From an uncultured Spirochaetota bacterium (GTDB lineage Bacteria; Spirochaetota; Spirochaetia; SZUA-6; CAVTHK01), in assembly GCA_963734495.1 (NCBI GenBank), contig CAVTHK010000008.1, positions 9,611 to 73,610 on the forward strand: a stretch of 64,000 bases of DNA, read 5' to 3'. Below the pieces are notes generated by a model, which worked only from the letters and a program-made list of their open reading frames with translations, was not told the DNA's origin and did no database searches. A program made the position numbers and the translations under genes. Below, in pieces: positions 32,500-41,294 of the stretch; the stretch's first letter is position 1, and each line of letters opens with the position of its first letter.

Positions 32500-33336
32500 C
32501 TACTGGCCTACCTTGAAGTAGAGGTAATCCACGAGATCGACCTTGCCCCCGGCCTGCTTGCCGAGGTCCTCGAGGACTTTCGAGACCTTGATCTTCTCGT
32601 CCTTCACGAACCCCTGCTCGAGCAGGCAGATCTCGGAGAGGTGCTTGTTGACCTTGCCCTTGACGATGCCCGCCAGCACGTTCTCCGGCTTGTCCATGCC
32701 CTCGACCTGCTTGCGGAAGATCGCTTCCTGCTCCGCGATGTAGGCCGGGGCGATCTGGTCGCGCGAGAGGTACGCCGGAGCGAACGCCGCGACGTGCAGC
32801 GCCAGGTCGAAGGTGACCTCCTTGACCCGCGGGTGCGACGCCAGCGCGGGGCTGCCGAGGCGGAACTTGAGGATCACGCCGATCCGGCCTTCGCCGTGGA
32901 TATAGTCCACGAGCATCTCGGCGGGCGAGGCGTCGACCGCCTTGTAGCGGCGCAGCCCCATGTTCTCCTTGATGATGCTCGCGGTGTCCTTGACGAGGGA
33001 TTCCAGCGCGGCAGCGTCGACCGCCGCGCCATCCGCGATCACCTTGTCCAGGATCTTCGTTCCGAGGGCGATAAAGTCGTCAGTGCGCGCCACGAAGTCG
33101 GTCTCGCACGAGAGCTCGACGAGGCCCGCCCGCCTGCCGGCGATCCGGGAAAAGACCCGGCCCTCGTTCGTGGTGCGGCCCATGCGCTTGGCCGTGGCCG
33201 CGAGCCCCGACTCCTTGAGCAGCCTTTCCGCCTTGGCCATGTCGCCGCCGGCATCCACCAGCGCCTTCTTGCAGTCCATCATGCCGGCACCCGTCTTGTC
33301 GCGCAGCTCCTTGACGGCGGCAGGTGTCACGGTCAT
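32500..33336 (-). CDS. tsf: Elongation factor Ts
   Basis: VKELRDKTGAGMMDCKKAL, ELSCETDFVA and KPENVLAGIVKGK. Confidence 0.98.
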   Translation of the reverse strand: MTVTPAAVKELRDKTGAGMMDCKKALVDAGGDMAKAERLLKESGLAATAKRMGRTTNEGRVFSRIAGRRAGLVELSCETDFVARTDDFIALGTKILDKVIADGAAVDAAALESLVKDTASIIKENMGLRRYKAVDASPAEMLVDYIHGEGRIGVILKFRLGSPALASHPRVKEVTFDLALHVAAFAPAYLSRDQIAPAYIAEQEAIFRKQVEGMDKPENVLAGIVKGKVNKHLSEICLLEQGFVKDEKIKVSKVLEDLGKQAGGKVDLVDYLYFKVGQ

Positions 33337-33345
33337 TCGTCTCTC

Positions 33346-34320
33346 CTATTCGTCGTAGAGTTTGTCTTCGTCTTCGATGTTCTTTTCCAGCAGGACCTCG
33401 CTCGAGGCTGCCGGCGCCTGCTCCTTGCGCTTTTCCTGCTCTTCGGGGGTGTAGTTGGAGTAGTCTTCGGCCGTGAAGCCGGGGGCCTCGGCCGGCGCGC
33501 CCTCGCCCACGACGGCGGCGACCGGGACCGTCTCGACCTCGCCTGTCCTGGGGGCCGCGGGAACCGCGGCGACCGGCGCCGCACCGGCGAGCGCGACTTC
33601 CTCGTCCTCCTGGAGCGTCTCTATGACTTCGAGGCCGACCTCGTTCTCGGCGTCGATGACCGCGTTGGCGATGATCTGGGTGAACAGCGTGATCGCGCGG
33701 ATGGCGTCGTCGTTCCCGGGGATGGGGAAGGTGATGCCCTCGGGGTTGCAGTTGGTATCGACGACGGCGACGATGGGCAGGCCCATGCGCTGCGCCTCGG
33801 CCACCGCGATCGCCTCCTTGCGGGTGTCGATCACGAAGACGACGCCGGGCAGCTCCTTCATCTCCTTGATCCCGCCCAGGTTCTTCTCGAGGCGCGCCTT
33901 TTCCTTGTTGAGCTGCGAGACCTCTTTCTTGGTGAGGTTCTCGAAGGATCCGTCGACCTCCATCTTCTCGAGCTTCTTGAGCCGGAGCAGCGACTTCTTG
34001 ATGGTGGCGAAGTTGGTGAGCATCCCGCCCAGCCAGCGGTTGTTCACGTAGAACATGTTGCAGCGCTGGGCCTCTTCCTGGATGGCCTGCTGCGCCTGCT
34101 TCTTCGTGCCGACGAACAGCACGCCCTTGCTGGCGAGCACCGCCTGACGGACGGCCTCGTAGGCTTCCTTGATGGCAGCGATCGTTTTCTGCAGGTCGAT
34201 GATATGGATCCCGTTGCGCTCGGCGAAGATGTACTTCTTCATCCGGGGATCCCAGCGCTTGGTCTGGTGACCGAAGTGCACGCCCGATTCGAGCAGGCTC
34301 TTCATCGTGACAACGGCCAA
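33346..34320 (-). CDS. rpsB: 30S ribosomal protein S2 with an acidic C-terminal extension
   Basis: TTG start after GAGGAGGGAG; [28 protein letters not shown] and PGNDDAIRA. Confidence 0.98.
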   Translation of the reverse strand: MAVVTMKSLLESGVHFGHQTKRWDPRMKKYIFAERNGIHIIDLQKTIAAIKEAYEAVRQAVLASKGVLFVGTKKQAQQAIQEEAQRCNMFYVNNRWLGGMLTNFATIKKSLLRLKKLEKMEVDGSFENLTKKEVSQLNKEKARLEKNLGGIKEMKELPGVVFVIDTRKEAIAVAEAQRMGLPIVAVVDTNCNPEGITFPIPGNDDAIRAITLFTQIIANAVIDAENEVGLEVIETLQEDEEVALAGAAPVAAVPAAPRTGEVETVPVAAVVGEGAPAEAPGFTAEDYSNYTPEEQEKRKEQAPAASSEVLLEKNIEDEDKLYDE

Positions 34321-34511
34321 AGCACTCCCTCCTCGCGGCGCGGTTTCCCGCGCCACGCGCGCCCCGTCGAGGGCGCCCCCTTCTCGTGTTTCTCGCACCC
34401 CTTCGGCCTCGGCGCGCGGCCGGGGCGATGGGGCCGGAAGATATGGCGCTCCCGGTCCTAGAACCGGTAACCGCCGGCCCTCAACATGCCATAAAACGTC
34501 TCGAGCGGCAA
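34321..34511 (-). promoter_or_regulatory. rpsB promoter (in the maf 3' end) and long structured 5' leader (probable S2 autoregulatory element)
   Basis: TTGCCG-N17-CATGTT at 34511-34483; about 150-nt leader with hairpins such as GCGCCC-TCGAC-GGGGCGC and GGCGCGG-GAAA-CCGCGCC. Confidence 0.45.
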
Positions 34512-35036
34512 GCCCACGACATTGCTGTAGGACCCTTCGATGGAAGCCACGAGAAAGGCGCCTCGCTCCTGCACGCGGTAGGCCCCCGCGGCGCCCCGCC
34601 ACTCGCCTGCCCGGAGGTACCAGTCGATCTCGTCTTCCGTGAGGTCGCGGAAGCGGACTCGCGTCGTCGCCAGCGCGGACGTCCGTCGCGTCCGCGAGCG
34701 GCCGAATAGAGGGCAAGACCCGTGTGCACGAAGTGGTCCCGTCCCGCGAGGAGCCGCAGAAAGCCGCGCGCCTCTTCCGGTCCGAAGGCTTGCCCAGGAG
34801 CTCTGCCCGCCACCTCCACGAGGGTGTCGCAGCCGAGCACCCACTGCAGGCGTCCGCGGGCGGCGCGAACGGCGCCCGCCTTGCGCTCGGCGAGCGCGAG
34901 CACCAGCGAGGGCCGGCGCCGCGCCGGGCTCGGCGCGCTCGTCGACGCGCGGGTCGCGGGAGCGGAAGGGCACGCCCGCGCGCCGCAGGAGCTCCTTTCG
35001 CCGGGGCGACGTCGATGCCAGGAGAAGCGGTTCCAT
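34458..35036 (-). CDS. maf: Maf/YhdE-family nucleoside triphosphate pyrophosphatase; frameshifted
   Basis: [21 protein letters not shown] (other frame), GEW.GAAGAY.VQ and [10 protein letters not shown]. Confidence 0.9.
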   Translation of the reverse strand: MEPLLLASTSPRRKELLRRAGVPFRSRDPRVDERAEPGAAPALAGARARRAQGGRRSRRPRTPAVGARLRHPRGGGGQSSWASLRTGRGARLSAAPRGTGPLRAHGSCPLFGRSRTRRTSALATTRVRFRDLTEDEIDWYLRAGEWRGAAGAYRVQERGAFLVASIEGSYSNVVGLPLETFYGMLRAGGYRF

Positions 35037-35263
35037 CAGAGCCGCCGCGCCAGCAGCGCGGCCGCGCCGCCTCCGATGATGCTGCCCGGGTTCACCCTGA
35101 CCGTGAGCGCGACGACGTAGAGGTCGAACACCTGCAGCGGCCCGCTGGCCAGCGACACCGGCAGACGGAGGAGGCGTTCGACGACTTCCCAGGCCAGACT
35201 GCCTGCGACGGCGCCGAGGACGACGATCAGCACGAAGAGAGCAGGGGACGACTTGCTTGCCAT
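35036..35263 (-). CDS. DUF4321-like small membrane protein
   Basis: [16 protein letters not shown]...FDLYVV...[10 protein letters not shown]; own promoter TTGACC-N18-TACACT at 35311-35282. Confidence 0.75.
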   Translation of the reverse strand: MASKSSPALFVLIVVLGAVAGSLAWEVVERLLRLPVSLASGPLQVFDLYVVALTVRVNPGSIIGGGAAALLARRL

Positions 35264-35668
35264 GGCGTGTCCGCGCCGCGGAGTGTAGGAGGCGGCCCGG
35301 CCGTGGGTCAAGGGCGGCGCGGCCGCTGCGCGCGGCGGCGACGCGCCGCGGCTGCCCGCGCGCTCGAGGCGCTGCCGGATCTCGAGCTTTTCGTTGTCGG
35401 GGTTCGGCTGGCAGGGCACGTCGTCGGGAAAGTCCTTCCACGCGCGCAGCGCGAGGCGCCCCCCTCTCGCGACCGTCTCGTTGATGCGGCCGAGGTCGTG
35501 CGTGCGCGCGTAGAAGCTCACCTGGCTCACCGGCACTCCCTGCCAGTCGTAACGGTAGAAGCTGACGGTGTAGCAGCCGTTCTCAGCGATGGCGTCCGTG
35601 GATTGCCAGCCGAGGGTCGCCATATGGATGCGGATGTCGTAGGCGTCGATGAGAACGCGCTTGCTCAT
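35264..35668 (-). CDS. Hypothetical protein of about 100 aa, running in frame into the DUF4321 gene
   Basis: Globular-looking MSKRVLIDAYDIRIH...WKDFPDDVPCQ followed by a low-complexity stretch. Confidence 0.55.
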
Positions 35669-35676
35669 CGCTGTGG

Positions 35677-35705
35677 ACTATACTATACATATGTATGCTA
35701 ATCAA
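35677..35705 (-). promoter_or_regulatory. Sigma-70 promoter with a palindromic operator in the spacer
   Basis: TTGATT-N17-TATAGT; perfect palindrome ATACATATGTAT at 35685-35696. Confidence 0.65.
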
Positions 35706-35821
35706 CCCGGGCGCTTCAACCGCAGGGCCCGCACCAGCTTCTGTCGGCCAATCCGGCTGTGGCGGCGAGATTCGGCCGGTCGACCTTCTTCATTTTGTGA
35801 TCTGGGGGCTGGACGCTTGGG

Positions 35822-35867
35822 TTGACAGCGCACGCCCCGGCATGATAAGGTCCAAATGGTAATGCCA
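35822..35867 (+). promoter_or_regulatory. Promoter and FadR/PdhR-type operator of the GntR-ABC operon
   Basis: TTGACA-N18-TAAGGT (TGn extended); TGGTaatGCCA at 35857-35867 resembles TGGT-N3-ACCA. Confidence 0.55.
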
Positions 35868-35920
35868 CTATGCCACCCCTCCATGGTACCATACCCGGGA
35901 GGGACGCGGGGGCTGGACAG

Positions 35921-36673
35921 GTGTTCGAGCCGGTCAAGAACGAGAAGCTCTACAAGATGGTCGTCAGCCAGGTCAAGGCGCTGATAGCCGACGGCAAGCT
36001 GGCGCCCGGAGACCGGCTTCCGCCGGAACGGGAGCTCGCGGGCCTGCTGTCGGTCAGCCGGGCCAGCCTGCGTCAGGCGCTGTCGGCCATGGAGGCGCTC
36101 GGAATCCTCGAACGGCGGCAGGGCGACGGGACGTACGTGACGACCGCCAGCGACGAGGTCGACGTCATCGCCTCCTTCAGCGAGAACCTCGTGAGCCGGC
36201 AGCTGACCCCGCTCGAGATCCTGGAAGCCCGCATCGTCGTCGAGTGTCCGGTGGCGCGCATGTGCGCCGAACGGGCCACCGACGACGAGATCCGCATCAT
36301 CGGCGAGCGGCTCGAGCGCCATCGGCTCAAGGTCGGGAAATCCGCTTCGCTCGAGGAAATGAACCGCGATTTCCACCTCGCGGTGGCGGAGGGCGCCCAC
36401 AGCGCCTGCGTCCTGCGGCTCGCGCAGGGGCTCTACGAGATGATGGAGACCAACCTCTGGCCCACGCTCAAGACCCTGGTGGAGCAGGACGAGCAGCGGA
36501 CCGAGCACCATCTCGATCAGCACGAGAAGATCTTCGGCTGCATCCGGTCGCGGCGCCCGGCCGAGGCTGAGGAGGCGATGAGGAAGCACCTGCAGACGAT
36601 CGAGCACGAGTTCCTCGAGGACGCGCAGAAGGCGAAGGCCGCGGAGCGCCCGCCGGCCCGGAGCCGCAAATGA
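35921..36673 (+). CDS. GntR family (FadR subfamily) transcriptional regulator
   Basis: LAPGDRLPPERELA.LLSVSRASLRQAL...RRQGDGTYV; FCD domain FHLAVA...HEKI. Confidence 0.95.
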   Translation: MFEPVKNEKLYKMVVSQVKALIADGKLAPGDRLPPERELAGLLSVSRASLRQALSAMEALGILERRQGDGTYVTTASDEVDVIASFSENLVSRQLTPLEILEARIVVECPVARMCAERATDDEIRIIGERLERHRLKVGKSASLEEMNRDFHLAVAEGAHSACVLRLAQGLYEMMETNLWPTLKTLVEQDEQRTEHHLDQHEKIFGCIRSRRPAEAEEAMRKHLQTIEHEFLEDAQKAKAAERPPARSRK

Positions 36674-36773
36674 AGGGAGCGGCCGCCGGAGGCGCCGGGG
36701 AACCGTCAGTGAGAAGACACTCGCGGGACGTTGTCCCGCTCCGCAACACCATCATTCGGAAGGGGGCGATACC

Positions 36774-38291
36774 ATGAAAAGGCTTTGCACGGCTCTTGTG
36801 GTGTCGGTATTGGCTGCGGCCCTGTCGATCGGGGCATTCGCGGGCCCGGTGAGCGAGTCCGCATCCGCGACGGCGAAGGAGGCGCCGCTGGAGATCCAGA
36901 TGACGGTGCGGCTCTTCGATCAGGTCCCGGACATGACCAACGCTTACTGGGTCGAGTACCAGAAGAGAACCAACACGAAGCTCGACGTGACGTGGATCCC
37001 GGACGGCGACTACGCGACCAAGCTGAACCTCATCCTGGCATCGAGCGCGATCCCCGAGGTCCTGATCGCAAACCCGTCCAACAACTGGAACAGCCCGCCG
37101 TTCCTGAACGCGGTCAAGAACGGGGCCTTCACGGAGCTGACCCCGATCCTCGGCGACTTCAGCAAGTACCCCAACCTCAAGAACAACTGCGCCCCGAACG
37201 CCTGGGTCGTGGGCCGTGCTTTCGGCAAGATCTACGGCGTGCCGCAGAACGTCCCGACCGTCTCCTCAGTCCCGAAGATCCGCAAGGATCTCCTCGATGA
37301 CCTCAAGCTCCCGCTGCCCACGACGATGGACGAATACGCCGCGGTGGTGAAAAAGGTGGTCGACGCCAACCCCGGCATCATCGGCATCGTGTCCAAGCAG
37401 GACATGTTCGTGAACTCCAGCGGCGGCCTCGCCGACTCCTTTGGCGTCACCGCGCCCACCTACAACTCCGGAGGCGGGCTCATCTTCTGGAAGCTGACGC
37501 CTCAGTTCGCGGACTTCGTGGACTGGGTGCGCAACGCGTACTCCATGGGGATCCTCGCCAAGGAGTTCTCGGTCATGAAGCCGACCCAGGCGACCGAGCT
37601 CTACACCTCCGGCAAGGCCGTGTCGTTCCTCAACGAGAGCATGAGGTGGGATTACGCGTTCACCGAGATGCTGAAAAAGGTCAAGGCCAACGCGGACAAC
37701 GAGCCGGTTCCCCCGCTCAAGGGACCCAGGGGCTACGCGGCCAAGGCCGGCACCGGCATCGTGGACCAGATGTTCATCAGCGCCAAGGTGCCCAGGGACA
37801 AGGCCATCCGCATCCTCGACTACTTCGAGAAGACCACCAACGAGGAGTACTACACACTGAGCACCTACGGCGTGCAGGGCATCCACTACAACATCGTCAA
37901 CGGCTACAAGGTCGTGACCCCGCAGCGCGACAAGGACCTCGGCTCCAGCGCGCCGTGGCAGGTGCTTCCCCTCATGTACTACAAGTACATGAAGACCGAC
38001 AGCACGGCCGCGCCCGAGGAATACAACATCGCGCACCGCAAGATGGTCGACTCCTGGGGCTACTTTGACAAGGCGATCCCCGACCCGTTCGACGTCGCCC
38101 AGTCGCAGACCTGGATCACCACGTGGCCCAAGTTCGCTCAGGAATGGGCTTCCATGTGCGTCAAGGCGGTCGTCGGGCAGGTCACGATGGCGCAGTATCG
38201 CCAGTACATCGATGGCCTCAACGCCAACCCGGACATCCAGAAGGCGGGTGCCGAGTTCGCGGCCAGCTACAAGGAAATCTTCGGAAAATAG
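36774..38291 (+). CDS. Carbohydrate ABC transporter solute-binding protein (LplA-like)
   Basis: Signal peptide; KLNLILAS..IPEV, GKIYGVP, IRKDLLDDLKL and YGVQGIHY. Confidence 0.9.
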   Translation: MKRLCTALVVSVLAAALSIGAFAGPVSESASATAKEAPLEIQMTVRLFDQVPDMTNAYWVEYQKRTNTKLDVTWIPDGDYATKLNLILASSAIPEVLIANPSNNWNSPPFLNAVKNGAFTELTPILGDFSKYPNLKNNCAPNAWVVGRAFGKIYGVPQNVPTVSSVPKIRKDLLDDLKLPLPTTMDEYAAVVKKVVDANPGIIGIVSKQDMFVNSSGGLADSFGVTAPTYNSGGGLIFWKLTPQFADFVDWVRNAYSMGILAKEFSVMKPTQATELYTSGKAVSFLNESMRWDYAFTEMLKKVKANADNEPVPPLKGPRGYAAKAGTGIVDQMFISAKVPRDKAIRILDYFEKTTNEEYYTLSTYGVQGIHYNIVNGYKVVTPQRDKDLGSSAPWQVLPLMYYKYMKTDSTAAPEEYNIAHRKMVDSWGYFDKAIPDPFDVAQSQTWITTWPKFAQEWASMCVKAVVGQVTMAQYRQYIDGLNANPDIQKAGAEFAASYKEIFGK

Positions 38292-38308
38292 CGACGGCTG
38301 ACAGGTGC

Positions 38309-38345
38309 GGTGACCCTGGGCGGACCTCCTCCGCCCGGGGTCGCC
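38309..38345 (+). terminator. Stem-loop after the SBP gene (mRNA stabiliser or attenuator)
   Basis: 16-bp stem GGTGACCCTGGGCGGA/TCCGCCCGGGGTCGCC. Confidence 0.6.
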
Positions 38346-38394
38346 TTGTCGCCGGTGGAAGCGCCATTGTGTTTCAGGGATACTGGCTCTTGAC

Positions 38395-39333
38395 ATGACC
38401 CCCAAACAGCCGACCGTCATGGCCTCGCGACACAGCCTGGGCCGAAGGATCTTCGAGAGCCGGCAGATCTACCTCCTGTTTCTGCCGGGACTGCTGTTCT
38501 TTCTGACCTTCCACTACGCACCGATGTGGATGCTGGTCATCGCGTTCCAGAACTACAGCCCCTTTGCGGGGGTGTGGAAAAGCGAATGGGTCGGGCTGGC
38601 CCACTTCAAGAGCCTGCTCTCCGATCCGCATTTCTACGTCCTGTTCCGCAACACCCTCGCCATCAACCTCATCAAGCTGCTGTTCTACTTTCCCGCGCCG
38701 ATCTTTCTCGCGCTGATGCTGAACGAAGTGCGGCACAACTCCTTTAAACGGATCAACCAGACCATCGTCTACCTCCCGCACTTCCTTTCGTGGGTCGTCA
38801 TCGCGAGCATGACGTTCTTTGCCCTCTCGGTGGACGTCGGCTTTGTCAACAAGGCGCTGGTCAGGATGGGCCTGGGCAGCGTGACGTTCCTGTCCAACCC
38901 GAACTATTTCTGGGGCATCCTCACCGGCCAGATCATCTGGAAGGAGTCGGGGTGGGGGACCATCATCTTCCTGGCCGCCATGGCGGGGGTGGATCTGGAC
39001 CTTTACGAGGCCGCCGTGATGGACGGAGCCGGGCGGCTGCGCCAGATCTGGCACATCACGCTGCCGGCCATCCGATCGACAATCGTCGTGCTCCTGATCC
39101 TGCGCCTGGGCGCCATCGCCGACGTGGGCCTGGAGCAGATCCTCCTGATGTGGAACCCGCTGGTCAACGACGTGGCCAACGTGTTCGACACCTACTCCTA
39201 CATGCTGGGCATTCAGCAGGGCGACGTGAGCATCGGCGCGGCCGTCGGGTTGTTCAAGGGCCTGGTGGGGCTCGTCCTGGTTCTCGTCGCGAACAACGTG
39301 GTCAAGAAGCTCGGCCACGAAGGGATCTACTGA
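38395..39333 (+). CDS. Sugar ABC transporter permease (LplB-like)
   Basis: WVGL.HF, YLPHFLSWV and LYEAAVMDGAGRLRQIWHITLP (EAA motif). Confidence 0.95.
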   Translation: MTPKQPTVMASRHSLGRRIFESRQIYLLFLPGLLFFLTFHYAPMWMLVIAFQNYSPFAGVWKSEWVGLAHFKSLLSDPHFYVLFRNTLAINLIKLLFYFPAPIFLALMLNEVRHNSFKRINQTIVYLPHFLSWVVIASMTFFALSVDVGFVNKALVRMGLGSVTFLSNPNYFWGILTGQIIWKESGWGTIIFLAAMAGVDLDLYEAAVMDGAGRLRQIWHITLPAIRSTIVVLLILRLGAIADVGLEQILLMWNPLVNDVANVFDTYSYMLGIQQGDVSIGAAVGLFKGLVGLVLVLVANNVVKKLGHEGIY

Positions 39334-40208
39334 TGGCGACGCTGCTGCGGCGCGGCAAGATGGCCTGGGGCGACTACGTCAACTACGGCGCGCTCGCTCT
39401 CGTCTCCATGATCAGCGTGGCGCCTTTCATCTACGTCATCGTCATCTCGTTGACGGACCCCGCCACCTACATACCCCTGACGTTCTATCTCATCCCGAAA
39501 AGACTGTCGCTCGCCACCTACCAGTACCTGCTGTCGACCAACAGCTTCATGAACTCCCTCAAGAGCACCGTCTTCGTCACCGTGGCCGGAACCGTGCTGA
39601 ACCTGGTGACGACGTTCAGCATGGCCTACGCGCTCACGCGGAAGAAAGTGCCGGGCCGCAAGCTGTTCCAGGCCCTGATCATCGTCACGCTGTTCTTCCA
39701 GGCCGGCATCATCCCCGTGTACCTGGTGGTGCAGAAGCTCGGCCTGCTGAACTCTTACTGGTCGCTGATCTTCGTGAGCCTGACCAACGCGTGGAGCCTG
39801 ATCGTCGTCCGCAGCTTTATCGAGTCGATCCCGGCGGACCTGGAAAACGCCGCGCGGATCGATGGCTGCAGCGACATCGGGGTGTTCTTCCGGATGATCA
39901 TCCCGCTCTCCATGCCCGCGATCGCGGCCTTCACGCTGTTCTTCGCGGTCCACCACTGGAACACCTACTTCAACGCCCTCATCTACATCTCCGACACGCG
40001 CAAGTGGACGCTGCAGCTGCTGATCAAGCAGCTGGTGATCGACGCGGACGCGATGGGCGCCGCCCACACCGACTCGGACAGGGCGCCGCCGCAGGAGACC
40101 ATGAGGATGGCTTCCATCGTGCTCTCGATGCTCCCCATCCTCCTGGTGTACCCGTTTCTCCAGAAGCATTTCGCGAAAGGTGTGATGCTCGGCTCGATCA
40201 AGGGCTGA
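39333..40208 (+). CDS. Sugar ABC transporter permease (LplC-like)
   Basis: LENAARIDG, WNTYF and YPFLQKHFAKGVMLGSIKG. Confidence 0.95.
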   Translation: MATLLRRGKMAWGDYVNYGALALVSMISVAPFIYVIVISLTDPATYIPLTFYLIPKRLSLATYQYLLSTNSFMNSLKSTVFVTVAGTVLNLVTTFSMAYALTRKKVPGRKLFQALIIVTLFFQAGIIPVYLVVQKLGLLNSYWSLIFVSLTNAWSLIVVRSFIESIPADLENAARIDGCSDIGVFFRMIIPLSMPAIAAFTLFFAVHHWNTYFNALIYISDTRKWTLQLLIKQLVIDADAMGAAHTDSDRAPPQETMRMASIVLSMLPILLVYPFLQKHFAKGVMLGSIKG

Positions 40209-40220
40209 GCGGCAATCTCG

Positions 40221-40266
40221 GGCGCAAAGGCGCGAAGGCGCACAGGCGCAGGCGGACAGGCGCAAA
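40221..40266 (+). repeat. Degenerate 8-bp tandem repeat (GGCGCAAA-like) x6
   Basis: GGCGCAAA GGCGCGAA GGCGCACA GGCGCA GGCGGACA GGCGCAAA, running into the AAGGAG SD. Confidence 0.7.
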
Positions 40267-40278
40267 GGAGTCATCGGC

Positions 40279-41283
40279 ATGGCAGGGACACGGACGATCC
40301 GCACGGTGCTGGCGACGGTGCCGTACACGGGATGGCACATCGAGAAGCTGCGGGCCGCCTTCGCGCCGGCAAAGGTCGTCCAGGTGGACAAGAGCGACGC
40401 GGCCGGGATCGCGCGGGCGCTCGAGGAGGCCGACGTGGCGGTGCTCGCAGGCGATCTGGACGACCGCACCATCAAGGCCGCGAAGCTCAGGTGGGTCCAC
40501 TGCGACCACGCGGGGCTCAACAACTCCGCGCGCCCCGGTGTGTTCGAGAAGGGCCTGATCGTGACCGGCTCGGCGGGCCGCTCGGCGCCCGTTCTGGCGG
40601 AGCACGCCCTCTTCCTCATCCTGTCCCTGATCTACGATTCGCACGGGCTGCACGACGCGCAGAAGGCGCATCGCTGGCGCGGGATTCCCGGCTACGGCGA
40701 CCGGCGCGGGATGTTCAGCAAGACCATGGGGATCATCGGCCTGGGCTACACGGGCAAGGAGCTCGCGAAGCGCGCAAAGCTCTTCGGCATGCGCGTGCTC
40801 GGCTACGCGCGCGGCGCCATGGAGCCGCCCGAGGGCGTGGACGTCCTGTACTGCCTCGACCGCGGGCAGACGCCCGACGCGCTGCTCAAGGAGAGCGACA
40901 TCGTGGTCCTCTGCTGCCGGCTGTCGGACGAGACCTGGCACATGATGGGGCCGCGTCAGCTCCAGATCATGAAGCGGACCGCGTTCCTCATCAACATGGC
41001 CCGCGGTCCCGTCGTCGACGAGCAGGCGCTCATCGCCGCTCTGCGCGCCGGGACGATTGCGGGCGCGGGCTCCGACGTCTTCGAAACGGAGCCTTTGCCC
41101 GCGGACAGCGGGCTGTGGGACGCGCCTCACATGGTGATCACTCCGCACCAGACGCCCGAGGTGCCCGACCTCTGGGCGCAGGGCCTCAACATCATCTGCG
41201 AGAACATCCGCCGGTACCGGGCAGGAGAGCCGATGCTCAACATGCTGGTGCCGCGGGACGTCTACACCAAGGGTCAGGGTTGA
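40279..41283 (+). CDS. D-isomer-specific 2-hydroxyacid dehydrogenase
   Basis: GIIGLGYTG, INMARGPVVDE, DVFETEP and ITPH. Confidence 0.93.
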   Translation: MAGTRTIRTVLATVPYTGWHIEKLRAAFAPAKVVQVDKSDAAGIARALEEADVAVLAGDLDDRTIKAAKLRWVHCDHAGLNNSARPGVFEKGLIVTGSAGRSAPVLAEHALFLILSLIYDSHGLHDAQKAHRWRGIPGYGDRRGMFSKTMGIIGLGYTGKELAKRAKLFGMRVLGYARGAMEPPEGVDVLYCLDRGQTPDALLKESDIVVLCCRLSDETWHMMGPRQLQIMKRTAFLINMARGPVVDEQALIAALRAGTIAGAGSDVFETEPLPADSGLWDAPHMVITPHQTPEVPDLWAQGLNIICENIRRYRAGEPMLNMLVPRDVYTKGQG

Positions 41284-41294
41284 AAGGGACGAGA

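Noticed and set aside
34321-34716. N-terminal extension of S2 in the ORF track
   Set aside because: The conserved start (M)AVVTMK with an SD is at TTG 34320; the extension overlaps maf and the leader.
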